Made by a program: the position numbers and the translations under genes. From Yuukianura sp. NJ FZ-2021 (Eukaryota), in NCBI GenBank assembly GCA_046563655.1, contig CM102284.1, forward strand, positions 1,178,001-1,242,000: DNA of 64,000 bases, in the 5' to 3' direction. The notes beneath the pieces are model-generated. The model searched no databases, had not been told where the DNA came from, and was given only the letters and a program-made list of their open reading frames with translations. Each line of letters begins with the position of its first letter. Within the stretch, counting starts at the first letter, position 1. This document shows, in pieces, positions 32,616-45,366 of the stretch.

Positions 32616-34455
32616 ATTATTTTCTACTAAACAGTGTCAAAAATATGTTTAAGGTGACAATTGCACCTTAAGTTACACTCAACTGAAGTATTCGACTGAT
32701 TGATTTATCTATTGTATTTGTAAATTACTATTTGTAATTTACACTGGTGGTGATAGGTTGTTTTGACCCATGGACGTTTCGCATTAGTCCAATAAGACAA
32801 TTTCGGAGAATTTGAAACAATTGTCAATTGACTATTTATTATCAAGTAATTTAGTAATTTAGTAAGTTAATCTTCAGAAATCAGTTCAGAAATTTTTTAA
32901 TTTTTACATCTCCTACCAAGTTATGTGCAACTAAAAACCGTTTTTTTTTTGTAGTTTTAAGTGTCTGTACGATTGAAGCGTCTTGTGACTAAAGTTGATC
33001 TACTCTCTAAATTACACATTACTATTTTCTTGAGTTGATCATTTCAAGTTTTATTCCAAGCAAAGTTGAACTGGTGGACCTTGTGTCAATAAATGTTAAT
33101 CTTAGAGTAGGATTAGATTTGCAATTTTGCAATTCAATGATTTTGTGGTCGCAGCGAATGACTCACTGTGCTATCAGTCCAGAGGATGCATTGCATATTA
33201 TGATGATTCATCAGTCACACTCAAAAACAAGCTCTCTAAAATTACATCTCAGTCTCACTCTCAGTCTATAAGTCTGTCGTCTTTTCTGCTGTTTGCTAAA
33301 ACAAACAGCAATTTATACAAAAGGAAAAACATCGCGATTGAAATCCCAGAAGAATCATCAGTGCTTTACCAACTAACTGCTACACCAACTACTATTTCCC
33401 ACACGGACATTAAGTCCAGAAGTTGGCGCAAAGTAAGTACTAACTATACAGTCTTGTCTTCTTGTTTTTAGTAGAACTATGCTAAGCATATAGTAATAGT
33501 TATACTAGTATGTATAAGTACAAATGGTGGAGGTCGATCATGTTCTTGTTCTTGCAAACTGTGTTATTGCATGTGAATTTTTGCATTAAGGTCTGGGAAT
33601 CTGCAGTCGGGTGCCGCCGGAGGCCGGATGCTCTGTTTTGGTGAATGCGAAATCACTGGAAATGCACTAAAAGTGCATATTACATGACCTTGGACCCTAC
33701 TGTTTCGTCTTAAGTAAAAAATAATAACAACACGGGAGAAAGGAAACCAGACGTTTCACACAATTTCGAAAGGAAGGTCAAGGAGTCAAGGTCAGAGTGG
33801 CAGGCACATGTTAAACAATACCAACTGGCAACTGGTGACCTATGACAGGTCAACTATAGAGAACTCCACAAGTAAAATTTGAGTAAGTATTTAGTTAATT
33901 TGTCTTTAACGAGATCGATCACGGTACTGTAAATGCAAAAACACCAAAGCCGGGAAAATAATCAGCCAAGCAGAATCGAATTTTGCAATTCTTTTTACTG
34001 CTACTTGTTTTACTGTGCTGATCAAGGTAATTTCTTTTCCGTTTTAGATTACGAAGGCACTTTACCACTAATAATATCAGTAGATGTGTAGAGATAACTG
34101 AAGCTGCAACATAACAACGGTATTAGCCTCTTACCGAATTCCTAGATAAAATTTTAACCATAATTGCAATAACTGTAAAACTATTATTCTCCCGGTATAT
34201 CCTACACCCAGTAGTACTGAACTGAAGGAGTACTCAGCTTCGATTTGTTCGATATCGACGATATCGAGATGCAGTCAACATAAAATTAGGATAGCAATTA
34301 TAGCATTAGTACACATTACTCTAATACTGTTGTACCCATGCGTTAATTCCATACCGATTTATGCTTATTACAGATTCTGGTATTGGTGAACTAAACGTCA
34401 ACTCCAAGGATCGTATTCGTAATTGCCGCCGTCCTTGAGAGGCGGCAATTGAGAA

Positions 34456-37400
34456 ATGTCGCTTTTGCAGAGAGGGCGATCTGGTCAAGGACATCGAGGT
34501 GGTCGAGGTCATAATGGGAGAGGAAGAGGGGGACCTGGGGGTACACCTAGATCATGCTTTACTTGTGGACAAACTGGACATATTGGTCGCGATTGTCCAC
34601 GTATCGTTCCGTCTAGCTCACCAGGCCAGCCAAGAGATAATTGGAGACGGTAAGTCACCACCATCTGAACGTTATTCTTTACACGTTACACAGATAAGTT
34701 GTACACGTTACAACTAATCTATTGATTTTGTTTACCAATGTTGAAACTCTTTGTTTGATGCTGTAGGAATAACAATGTGGGCGAGCAACAAGAAACTCCC
34801 AATGGCAACCAACGTTCTCGTCCACCGGTCTTTGGCTTTACACGACTAAATGGATTTCTAAATGACGAATCTGGAGAGGTGATTATGTACATCGGTAGAA
34901 ACATTCCGGAGTGGTCGAACATTATCGAGTCGTTGCCAGATAGACCAGCTGAGTTCTTTGCCATCATCTTGCACGTACTTGCCAACAAAGTGTGCTGCCA
35001 ACAAGAAAATACTCTGTTACCCAATCGAGTCGAAGTAGTAACAAACACGCTTAAATCCAGCACTTTTACATCTCAGCTGCAACAACTCTACGGTCGAATG
35101 TTCAGCAATGAAGCACCTAACGCTGGACGTCGTGTAGAACCGAAGTTTAACGTTGACCAATCAAAATTGGGCTTATTGCAAAGTATTTACAGTATCTTTG
35201 CCTTCCTGACTCAACAATGTCCAAGTCTTGCCAGTGACGTAGTTCCAAGCACCGTTGTTCCAGGTGCCCTCGGGGTTATTTCTGTTCTATCCATGACATG
35301 TTCCCAGAGTGACAAGCCTAGAATCACAGAACTACAGGAGAAGTTCCAACAGCTGATTGAAATTATCAACACGTTCAAAGCCAAAACAAAAGTGGAAGCT
35401 CTTAACAAGCGACGGTTCAACGGTTATGAACTTACTCCGCAAGATGAAGAAACTCTACACACTCTTGCTCCACCGGAAGACTTTCGTGAAATTCCGATTA
35501 CTCCTACAATTGAAGAACTTTTGTCCTTAGAAGAACCGTTTCTTCGAACTAACAAAAGATCAGGAGGATACGCGGATTCTAACCACTATCTTGATGTCCA
35601 ATTTCGACTTCTGAGAGAAGACTTTGTCAAACCGCTTAAGACTGGGATTCAAGACTACAAAAAGCATCGGTAAGATAAACAGTCGATTGACTTCAAAATA
35701 GAAAACTCGTTTTGTATTTCTGATTTTTCATTTCCAGTGTGGACTATCTTAATCGCAAAAAGAAAATGCCTATGGGAAATGTCAGAATCTATGAAAATGT
35801 GACTATCCAGGACGTCGTTTTGAGCCGAGACGTAATGGTATACGGAGTTAGACTTCCAGCTGATCAGTGTCGTAGAATCAAATGGGACCGATCCAAACGC
35901 CTTTTGCATGGATCACTCTTGGTGTTTACCAGCGACTTGTTTCAAACAGCTCACTTTGCGATGGTAGCAAATCGCGACGTTGAGAAACTTACAAAACAAA
36001 ACATTCTTGGAGTGAACTGGATTGGAGAAGGCGAGATTCCGGATTTTGAAAAAACGTTTTTGATGGTCGAGTGTGAAGTGTATTTCGAAGCGTTCAGGTA
36101 AATACTGTTGAAAAGTGTTAAAAAGACTCTTTAGTCCTAAATACTATCAACCTAACCTGAAAAAAGCCTTGGTATGTTTCTACTAAAAGACCAGTAAGGA
36201 AAAACAACGTTTTTTCACAAATTTCAAATGACCCCAACTTCAGTCGAAAATTGAACTACAGTTGGGGTGTATTAAGATTTTTCCAAAAACGTTAGTTTTC
36301 ACTGATCGCTCAGTAGAAAACCTCATGTTTTTTTTTAAGTTAGATTCCGTTAAAATGAAGTTTCCGGTTTCAATTTACTAAAGCTTTTTTGTATATTTTT
36401 AGACACACATTGGCCATGTTGAAGAAGCTTAACCTTGAGAGTTTTCCAATGAAGAAGTTCATTGTTGATGCTTCGGGTACTGTTGGACCTCCGAAGTATT
36501 TAGAACTTTTGGAGCTGCAAGCGGGTAAAGAAGATGCGGAAATCTACAAAATTGGAATCCAGCACATTTCGCCATTAGTAGAGCCGTGGCCTTCTGCTGA
36601 GGAGCTTGGGCTTCCATTTGATGGCAATCAGTTTGAAGCATATCACGCGGCTATCACTAAAGAATTTTCGATCATCCAAGGGTAACCACTGATACATATT
36701 TAAATTAATAAGTTAAGGGAATACTTTATTTTGTTGAATTTGTTTTTATTTTCAGACCGCCAGGAACAGGAAAGACTTACTTGGGTCTAAAAATTGCAGA
36801 AACGTTTTTACGGAACATGAAAAGTTGGAGAAGGGAAGAGAGGGGACCAATCCTTGTTGTCTGTTACACCAATCACGCTTTGGATCAGTTTCTTGAGGGA
36901 ATTTTCGAAATCATGAAACAACTAAATCCAAAAGTGACTCCCGAGAATATGGAATTGATTCGTGTCGGAGGAAGATCCAAAAACGAAGCTCTGGAGCAAC
37001 TGAGTTTGGTCAACAAGAGGAGAGCAGCAAGTAGAATGAGAACTTTTTCGCACGATTATGCTCGGTCTGAACGCGAAGCACGATTTGAAGTTCGATCACT
37101 TGAGGAACAACTGGCATCTCTAAAAGCAGAAGCTGCTGGTTTGGGAGACTTGAGAGGTGAAAAAAATTGAGTTGAAACTTTTCCTTTTTCTTTGAAAATT
37201 TTGGAAAAAAAAAATATTTCTTCCCATTCTTAGGAGTCGTCAACATCTCAGCTCTGCGATGTTTACCTCAGTTGGAGCAAGACGTATCAGAAGGCATACT
37301 GGCTATGTTGGAAATGCCTTCCTTCCTAGGTCTGAATTCCATATTGTTCCAGTCTTCTGATTTTCAACCTCTTGGTTTACTGCGCATGTGGTTCAAAAAA

Positions 37401-40400
37401 CTTGATCCTGAAATTGAACAATCTGTTGGAATTGCTGCTCCCGTTTCGCGTGGCAATTCCAAGAACCCTTACAACGGTAACGGAAATGAAGTTGAAGATG
37501 GAGACGATGATGACGAGGAAGACTACGACATAGATGAGTTGATGGCTAATCGACTGGATGACAAGTATGAATACGAAGATGAAATCAAGTTTGAACTGTC
37601 CAAGAAAACGATGAGTGCCCATGTAGCCTATCTCAAGCACTATTCTGTGACGGGATGTGAACAGTTAGCTGACGACTGTCACTTCAAAATTAGCCAATTG
37701 AATGAATCCGCAAGCGACAAAAAATTGGATCGGAAGGCTAAGGACAAACTGCAGACGGATGCTGCTAATCTAACTAAGGAGATACTTGTTGTTGAAAATA
37801 CAAGAAGATTCCTGGAGTCGATCATGCGATTACACAAGGAGGGTCAGTTGGAGCTTCCAGACGTGACGAAATACATGGATAAGGAGGTTGACTTGAAGCT
37901 AAACCCGATTAATCAGCTGTCCATGACGGAGAAGTGGGCAATTTACTTCGGAGTTGTTGCAAAAGCGAGGAAACTAGCTATGAAGGCGATTTCAACTTTA
38001 AATGTTTCTTTGATTGCCGCTCAAAAGAAGTTGGAACAGATTCGACGATATGGCGATGGCATACTTCTGCGCCAAACGAAAGTTGTGGGAATGACGACCA
38101 CTGGAGCGGCAAAGAACCATGACTTTTTGGAAATGATGGAATCCAAAATAGGTATAAAAAGTTCACGACATTAATTAAATTAACATAGCTTAACTAATTA
38201 CTTCTACTGATTACTAATTACATTATTTACTTGCTTTTTAGTTATAGTGGAAGAAGCGGCGGAAGTACTGGAGTCACACATTGTTACTTGCATTACACAA
38301 CACTGCCAACATCTGATACTCATCGGTAATGTTTCTTAGATAAACTCGCACCATGTTATAACATAATGAAATGTTATCCCATTTATATAACTTGTACCTA
38401 TTGCTATGTAACTTACATTATACAAGTTTGCAATTGTGTACCTTTGACCTTCAGTTTTTGTTTTTAAGGCGACCACCAGCAACTACGTCCCAGTACAACA
38501 GTTTACGATTTGAGTACAAAATATTTTTTGGACATTTCGTTGTTCGAACGTATGCTGAACAATAATCTGAACTGCTATCGTCTCAAGGTTAGCAATTAAA
38601 ATGCTTGATATTGTCTGTACGTTTTCGTTAATCTACACCATTAGTCGGTTGATAACTCAACCTTTTGTTTATTTGTTAGGTGCAACATCGAATGCGTCCT
38701 GAAATTGCTGATTTGGTAGTCGGAACAATTTATCCTGAATTGGACAATGCACCGAACGTGTACGATTATCCCGATGTGGCTGGAATGCACTCCAACTTGT
38801 TCTTCATTGATCATCAGGAACATGAAAAATCAGTGAGTTTTTGTATACAAAAAATAAATAAAAAATTGATGTAATTCTTAAAATATTTGCATTTTTTGTG
38901 GTAGGAGGCAGATTCTATGAGCAAATCAAACACTTTCGAAGCACAGTTTTTGGCAAGGTTTTGTTGGTACCTGGTTCTACAAGGTTACGAGCCTTCTGAA
39001 ATCACGGTATTGACGACATATACTGGCCAAATGTTTCTGCTTAAGAAGGAGATTGGCCAATTGATGGAATGTAGAGGAGTTCGAGTGACCGTTGTAGACA
39101 ACTACCAAGGAGAAGAAAACAAAATCATCCTGCTTTCTCTTGTTCGAAGTAACGAAGACAATAACATCGGTTTCCTCAAAACTGATAACCGAATTTGTGT
39201 CGCCATTTCCCGCGCCAAGTAAGTCGATTTTAAAATTTTGAAATCTGATCGTGATGAGTGCGACGGCCAAAGTAAATTATCATTTTCTGTTGTATTTTTT
39301 AGGCATGGACTCTACATTTGTGGAAATATGAGCAACTTAACTTCGAAAAGTGACACTTGGAAGAAAATTAGAGAGAAGCTGATGAAACGACAAGAGATTG
39401 GAAGGAAGTTGAGACTTGTTTGTCAATTTCACCGAACCGTAACGGAAGTTGAAAAAGGCAACGATTTTCTAACGAAATCACCAGAGGGTGGTTGTCAGAG
39501 TCTCTGCGAAGCTCCACTCAAATGTACTCATAAATGTAGCTACATCTGCCATGCATCAGATCGTGAACATGAATTGAAATTCAAGTGCCTCCAAAGCTGC
39601 AAGAACTCTTGTAACAATGGGCATCCTTGTAGAGCATGGTGTTCTGCAAAGTGTCCACCGTGTGCCGTTTCCATGGAGAAGACACTCCCTTGTCAACACA
39701 AGCAGAACCTACCTTGTCACCGTGATCCTACTACTGTTAAGTGTTACGAGATGGTGGAAAAGGAGAAACCATGTGGGCATACGGATCAATTAGCTTGTTT
39801 TGTGGATCCAGCCAAGGTGAAATGTCGTGAAAAAGTCGTGAGACGGCTGGATTGTGGTCACGAGAAATCTGTTGAGTGTCATGTCGATCCTGGGACGATT
39901 ACGTGCAGAGTTGAAGTAACTAAAACCTTGGAGCCTTGTGGACATCAACAAACAGCTGATTGTCATCTCCGTCCGGATGTGATTAAGTGTGAGACGGATG
40001 TCGAACTGGAACTGCCGAATTGCAAGCACAAGGTAAGTTTTGAAAAAAAAAAAAAGAAAGCTTTGAGATCAGGATTTATGATGTTATAATCAGTTTTTTC
40101 TCAAATTTCTAGATTGTCGTGAAATGTAAAGTCGCGAAGGAAACGAAACTCGAATGTCGTGTTCAATGTACAACTCGTTTGGATTGTGGTCATCAATGTG
40201 TCAAACTTTGTCATCCGTTGTCTGATCCGGACCATGTGAACTACCAGTGTATGAAAGACTGTGCTCGGAAGTGTGTCAACGGTAAAACTTTTTTTGAAAC
40301 TGAAACTCGAAGGAAGTTTTTGTTTAGAGATTCAGTAAAAACTTTTTTTTTATTCCAGATCATCCATGCATTCAGAGACACAACTGCTATGTAGAATGTA

Positions 40401-42757
40401 ATCCATGTAAAACCTCTATTCGGAAAACGCTTAGTTGTGGGGTCCATACCAAAATGGTGCCTTGTAGTGTCCCAGTTGCGTCAGTTCAATGTGATAGTCC
40501 CTGCACTAAGACTTTGCCAATTTGTAACCACAAGTGTTTGAAGAAGTGTTTTGAACAATGCGCCCCATGCCAGGTTAGTCTTAGGTTGTCAATTAATTAA
40601 CCAATAATTAAACCTATTCCTCAACTTAACAATTTTATAGACAGTAGTAGAGAAAACGGCGACTTGTGGACATCAGCTTCCAACGAAATGTAGCGAGGTG
40701 GCATCAGCTGCTGAGTGTGAGAAACTTGTTCCCCCGAAAGAAAAAACATTATGCCATCACGACACACTGGTACCCTGTCGCCAAAAGAACTTTTGTGAGT
40801 TAACAATTTGCATAAGCAGTTAACTAATGTTAAGCTTAGGTAATAATAATGCATGCTTGTCTGTTTTACTATTAGTGAGTCCGACTCAAGTTCTGAGTTA
40901 CTGCAAACACCCATGTGGATACAAATTCGAACCGGCACTGGACAACGATAAAGGATGCAGTCACAAATGCCAAGGTAAAGTGAGTAGGTTTCCCTGCTTT
41001 AGCTACTGATAATAACTTTCAATTTATATCTATAATCGATTTTAAAGTTGTATCGATTTCGGTATAGGCACATGTATGGATTGTCATCAGGGTCGTCTTC
41101 ACATGAAGTGTCAAGAAAAGTGTGGGAAGGCTCTCATTTGTGGACATGTTTGCATCGCTCCGTGTGCTTCGGACTGCCCACCGTGCCGATCACCTTGTTT
41201 GATGGCTTGTGAACATTCGGTTTGTCGTGCTATTTGCGGCCAACCGTGTACTCCCTGCAGGGTAACAGTCTTAAAATAAAATATATTGCGCATTCGTCGG
41301 TTATCATGTTTACTTTCCGTTTTGTTTTTATTTCAACAGGAAAAGTGCAATTATAACTGCCCTCATAAACGATGTACGAAACTTTGTGGTGACCCCTGTG
41401 ACCGGGATCCATGTGACAAACCCTGTGCAAAACGACTCAAGTGTGGTCATCCATGTGTACGTATCAAATATCAATAAAATCAAAAGGTTTTAACCCTGCA
41501 ACATGCTTTTTGTATTGCAATTTCCCAGATTGGATTCTGTGGAGAACCATGTCCGCCTTTGTGTCGAATTTGTAACAAATCAGAATTGAGGGAATTTCAG
41601 TTGTATGGATTCGAAGAAGATGATGATGCCCGATTTGTTTATTTGGTGGAGTCGGACTGTAAGCATACTATCGAGGCGCAAGGGCTCAATCACTACATGA
41701 ACATGGAAGTTGAAGAAGGAGAAATTGGGATGAAGAAATGTCCAAGGTGTACAGCGCCTATACGTCACTCAAAACGTTTTGGAAACATCTTGAGATCCAG
41801 GCTCACTGATGTGATGGCCGTGAAGACTAAAATGTTCGGAGCCCTTGAAACCGAACCACTCAAGCGTAGTCTATTTGCTGAGGTTGAAGCCAATACGCGT
41901 GGAATGCAGAACATAATGAACGAAATCATTCCACAAATTGAATCGTACTTTAGGGAGAAATTGATTCGTGGAATTCAGTTTCAAGAGAGAACGAAGCAGA
42001 GAATTGTCAAATACAAGAACATTCCTTACGGGGAAGTGAAAAGTTTGGAGTTGATTTGGCGCCATGTCAATGACGTTTACTACATTTGCATTTCATCTCA
42101 AGGTCAACTTGCTGAAGTTGACTACACTTCACTCAAAATGAAGTATCAGCGCCTCTTCGCTGATTTATTGAAAAGAACACTTCCGCTGACGAAGACTGAA
42201 CAGGAGAATTTCGAAGCGGAGTTTGATCGACAGTACGACGTTTGTGAAGTATACAAACGTAAAAATGCAAAAGGATTTTACTCTGGACATAAAACTGCCA
42301 CTCCGTTGTACCAGAAAGCACTTGAACTTGTGTGTTGTATCACATCTTACTCCGAATCTAACAAGAACGAACTACAGAAAACTCTTAAGGTATTTCTAAT
42401 GCAAAATGTTTTCTGTTTAAAAGTGAAATTGCTAGATTCTTATTGGTGGAATTTTTTTAGGAACTGGACCATGAGATCAGAAGTGGGCTTCGAGTGACGA
42501 AACGAGAGAGACAAGACATTGTAAAAGCTTTTGGAGGGTCGCCAGGTCGTTTTTTCAAGTGTCGAAATGGACATATCTACGTCATTACTGAATGCGGTGG
42601 AGCTATGCAAGAAGCAAATTGTCCTGAATGTGGTGCTAGAATTGGAGGAACCAATCATCGTCTTCTAGCTGATAACCAACTGGCAACAGAAATGGACGGA
42701 TCCACTCATCCTCTCTATGGAGACGAGAACAATATCATTCCGGACTTCTTGGATTAG
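34456..42757 (+). CDS. ZNFX1: NFX1-type zinc finger-containing protein 1 (UPF1-like SF1 RNA helicase), multi-exon
   Basis: [47 protein letters not shown] (Walker A), [69 protein letters not shown], a long run of NF-X1-type Cys/His fingers, and C-terminal RZ finger [27 protein letters not shown]. Confidence 0.95.
36149..36346. mobile_element. Foldback/MITE-like element in a ZNFX1 intron
   Basis: Nested inverted matches: tttctact (36177)/agtagaaa (36312), aacgtttt/aaaacgtt, accccaact (36231)/agttggggt (36260). Confidence 0.6.
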
Positions 42758-43060
42758 TTTTTCCATGTCTAAAGTGAATTGGCGACTGAAATCTTTGGTG
42801 ATGTTGGGTTCGATTGCATCTCATGCACTTTTCACAGAACACAATGTTAATTAATAATTAATTAATCAAGTAATTTCAATTACTTAAAAATTTCAGAAGA
42901 AAAAATCAGTGCCATAGTTTGTAATCTTTAAAGAAATTATGGTGAATCATTCCAGTAAAAAAATTTAGGTAAATGTATTGGATGGGTTGTACTTTTTACA
43001 ATTTTATTGTAATTATAATTAATTATGACTTGTATTATTAATTATTTTTATTTTGGTTCA

Positions 43061-44002
43061 TTAATTTTGTTTATCCGTCTTAATTTGTAGAAAAATTTCG
43101 GCCATCGTACAGCGAGCGCTGCCACCTCCATTGTCTTCAATCGTACTCAAGTCCGAGTGGATGAGTTCATTGAACGTTTTGAGTTTTTGGATCTGCACAT
43201 GCGTGAGGACATTGTACGCACGAGTGGACATGACCAAGTACTTCTCTCCAGTTGAATTCTGAACTTGCAGCATATTTCCCGCGAAATTGTTCATTTGCGA
43301 AACACTAATTTCTATTATCTCTTTCCCAGAAGCTTCAATTGACTTTGTCACTTCTTGGCGTTCTACTGGATCAGTTATGGCATCCAGACAAACTACTGCG
43401 AACTTGTCTCCCAAGCACATCATCACATTCGTGTGGTAAATCAATTTACCATCATTATGTGATTCGAACAGGACAATCTTGGAGTAGTTCATAACAGAAG
43501 CAAACTTTTCAACCAGCGACGCATGCGTTCTGGCCGACCGACTTGCGTAGATGATCCTGTTTTGTCGATCCAGAATCATACTGCCAGTACCTTCCAGAAA
43601 CTGTTCAGAGGATTCCGATTTGGTCAAGTCCACCTTTCGTTCGATCTTGAAACGTTGTTGGATTAGGGACAAAACCGAAGCTTTCCGCTCGAGTCGTCGG
43701 TTTTTGGCGAGTAGCGGGAAGAGACAAACCGTTCCGTCGGAGTGAAACGAAATCCAGTTATTGGGGAAAATTGAGTCAGGAGTGGGTGGATCCGGGGTGT
43801 CATCGATCACAAGAACGACAATTCCAACAGAAGTTAACTTTGCAACGAAGTTGTCAAATTCTTGAAGAGCTTTTGATTGGATGAAACTCGACGAATCGTC
43901 GTCTGGACGTTTCTGGAAAGTATTGTCCAAGGCTGTCTCTGGGTTGAACCCGAAGTTTACTGGACGAATCATCAAAATCCTGCTGGCTGTTTGTGCTTCC
44001 AT
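43061..44002 (-). CDS. ctlX: Amidinotransferase/pentein superfamily protein, CtlX (citrulline utilization hydrolase)-like, intronless CDS, 313 aa
   Basis: ILMIRPVNFGFNPETALDNTFQ, PDSIFPNNWISFH, RRLERK, FLEGTGSMILDR, IYHTNVMMCLG, FAGNMLQV, IEDNGGGSARCTMAEIF are hallmark motifs of the bacterial CtlX-like family. Confidence 0.9.
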   Translation of the reverse strand: MEAQTASRILMIRPVNFGFNPETALDNTFQKRPDDDSSSFIQSKALQEFDNFVAKLTSVGIVVLVIDDTPDPPTPDSIFPNNWISFHSDGTVCLFPLLAKNRRLERKASVLSLIQQRFKIERKVDLTKSESSEQFLEGTGSMILDRQNRIIYASRSARTHASLVEKFASVMNYSKIVLFESHNDGKLIYHTNVMMCLGDKFAVVCLDAITDPVERQEVTKSIEASGKEIIEISVSQMNNFAGNMLQVQNSTGEKYLVMSTRAYNVLTHVQIQKLKTFNELIHSDLSTIEDNGGGSARCTMAEIFLQIKTDKQN

Positions 44003-45366
44003 GTTGGCAGGTACCTTTTACAGTAAGTTTAAAAAAAAATTAAAATTTTGTTTTGAAAAGTTTTTGATATTATTTTTAGTGTTTTATTTTGTGTATGTTG
44101 TATGGAATTTTTTTTTACCTGTTGAACTAATTGCTGTTTGACTTTTTGCAGATTTTTCAATTTCGTGCGGTGTTGATGAAGCTTTGTAGTTTTCTACAGA
44201 TTTGACAGCAATTTCTGACGAAAAGTGAGTGAAGAATTGTCATGGACGAGACCGATAAAAGTGAAGTTTTGTGATCGCGGTACTAAAAACTATAGTTTAG
44301 TTTAGAAAAAAAAGTCGTTAATTGTAAAGTTTAATTTTCTGATTGAGAAACTGACACCACTATGGTTTTGAATGACTGACGAAAGATGATGATTTATGTT
44401 GTGTCAAATGACAGGAACGATGAGTTAAACTTTTAGTTTATCTTTTCCAGACGTATTCAGTTACAGCTCCAAAGACGCTGACGTTTTATAAAAAGTGCTT
44501 CCCTAAAGCAAAGGAGCCAAAGCAGAATTTGAATTCTGCAAGAAATCCAGATTTATCCTAACTTTGTTTAGAAAAATATTTGTCACAAGTTATAAATAAC
44601 GTTAGGAATTGAGGTTAAGCGTCATTGAATGAAGAGTAGGTCAAAGGTCAAATTCGAAAATCCATTTCTGCTCGTGGTCGTGCATAGTCTCATGACCATT
44701 TTTTTTCACTGACGCAACGATAATTGGAGAGGCTAAGCACAGCTTTGTGTCTTCAGTCTACTACTGTTCAATTGTTTTCAAAATTATTGAGAATTACGAT
44801 TCAAAGAATTTGGGTTTAAAGAAACCCAGCAATGTTGACAGGTTTTTGCCATTTTGATTCTTTCTGGAATGTTCTGCAAATACGACTAATAGCTTTTATG
44901 ATGCAATTTTAGGCATTGGTTTTAGTAATCTATAGTCTTATCATGAATATTTGCAAAAACTAATTAAACTTTGCAGTTGAAACCACGACCACGACCGACA
45001 AACAGCAGAGGTGACTCAGCTGTAAACGTTTTCTTAGGTACACCTTGATTCTGTTATTAGGAAATGTTAATTTACTGGTTTGGCTAAATGCTAATTAGTC
45101 GTTAATCGTGATTAGTGATTCATCTGGTCAAGTAAAACGTATTTTGTTATGTTTTTCATATTGGTTAGCGACCAGACGCTCTTCGGCTGAAGCCCCACCT
45201 CGCGAGGAGAAGTTTTTGTTGTGCACAAAATCACGACACAATTGAAAAGTGTATGAGAAGGATTTTTAGGATACAGAAACACACAGACTACTGTTTTTAA
45301 AGCTCCTGATTTTATTTTTCTGGTAAAGTCATCCAAAGGTCACAATTAATTGTTTATAGTACGAAG

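Noticed and set aside
34456-34653. Retrotransposon gag zinc knuckle
   Set aside because: No protease, RT, integrase or LTRs nearby; the exon has an ATG and a donor that fits the ZNFX1 gene.
43061-44002. Bacterial contaminant contig or chimera
   Set aside because: It is a single gene with AT-rich host-like flanks, no operon neighbours and a plausible spliceosomal 5'UTR intron. Read-level confirmation is still needed.
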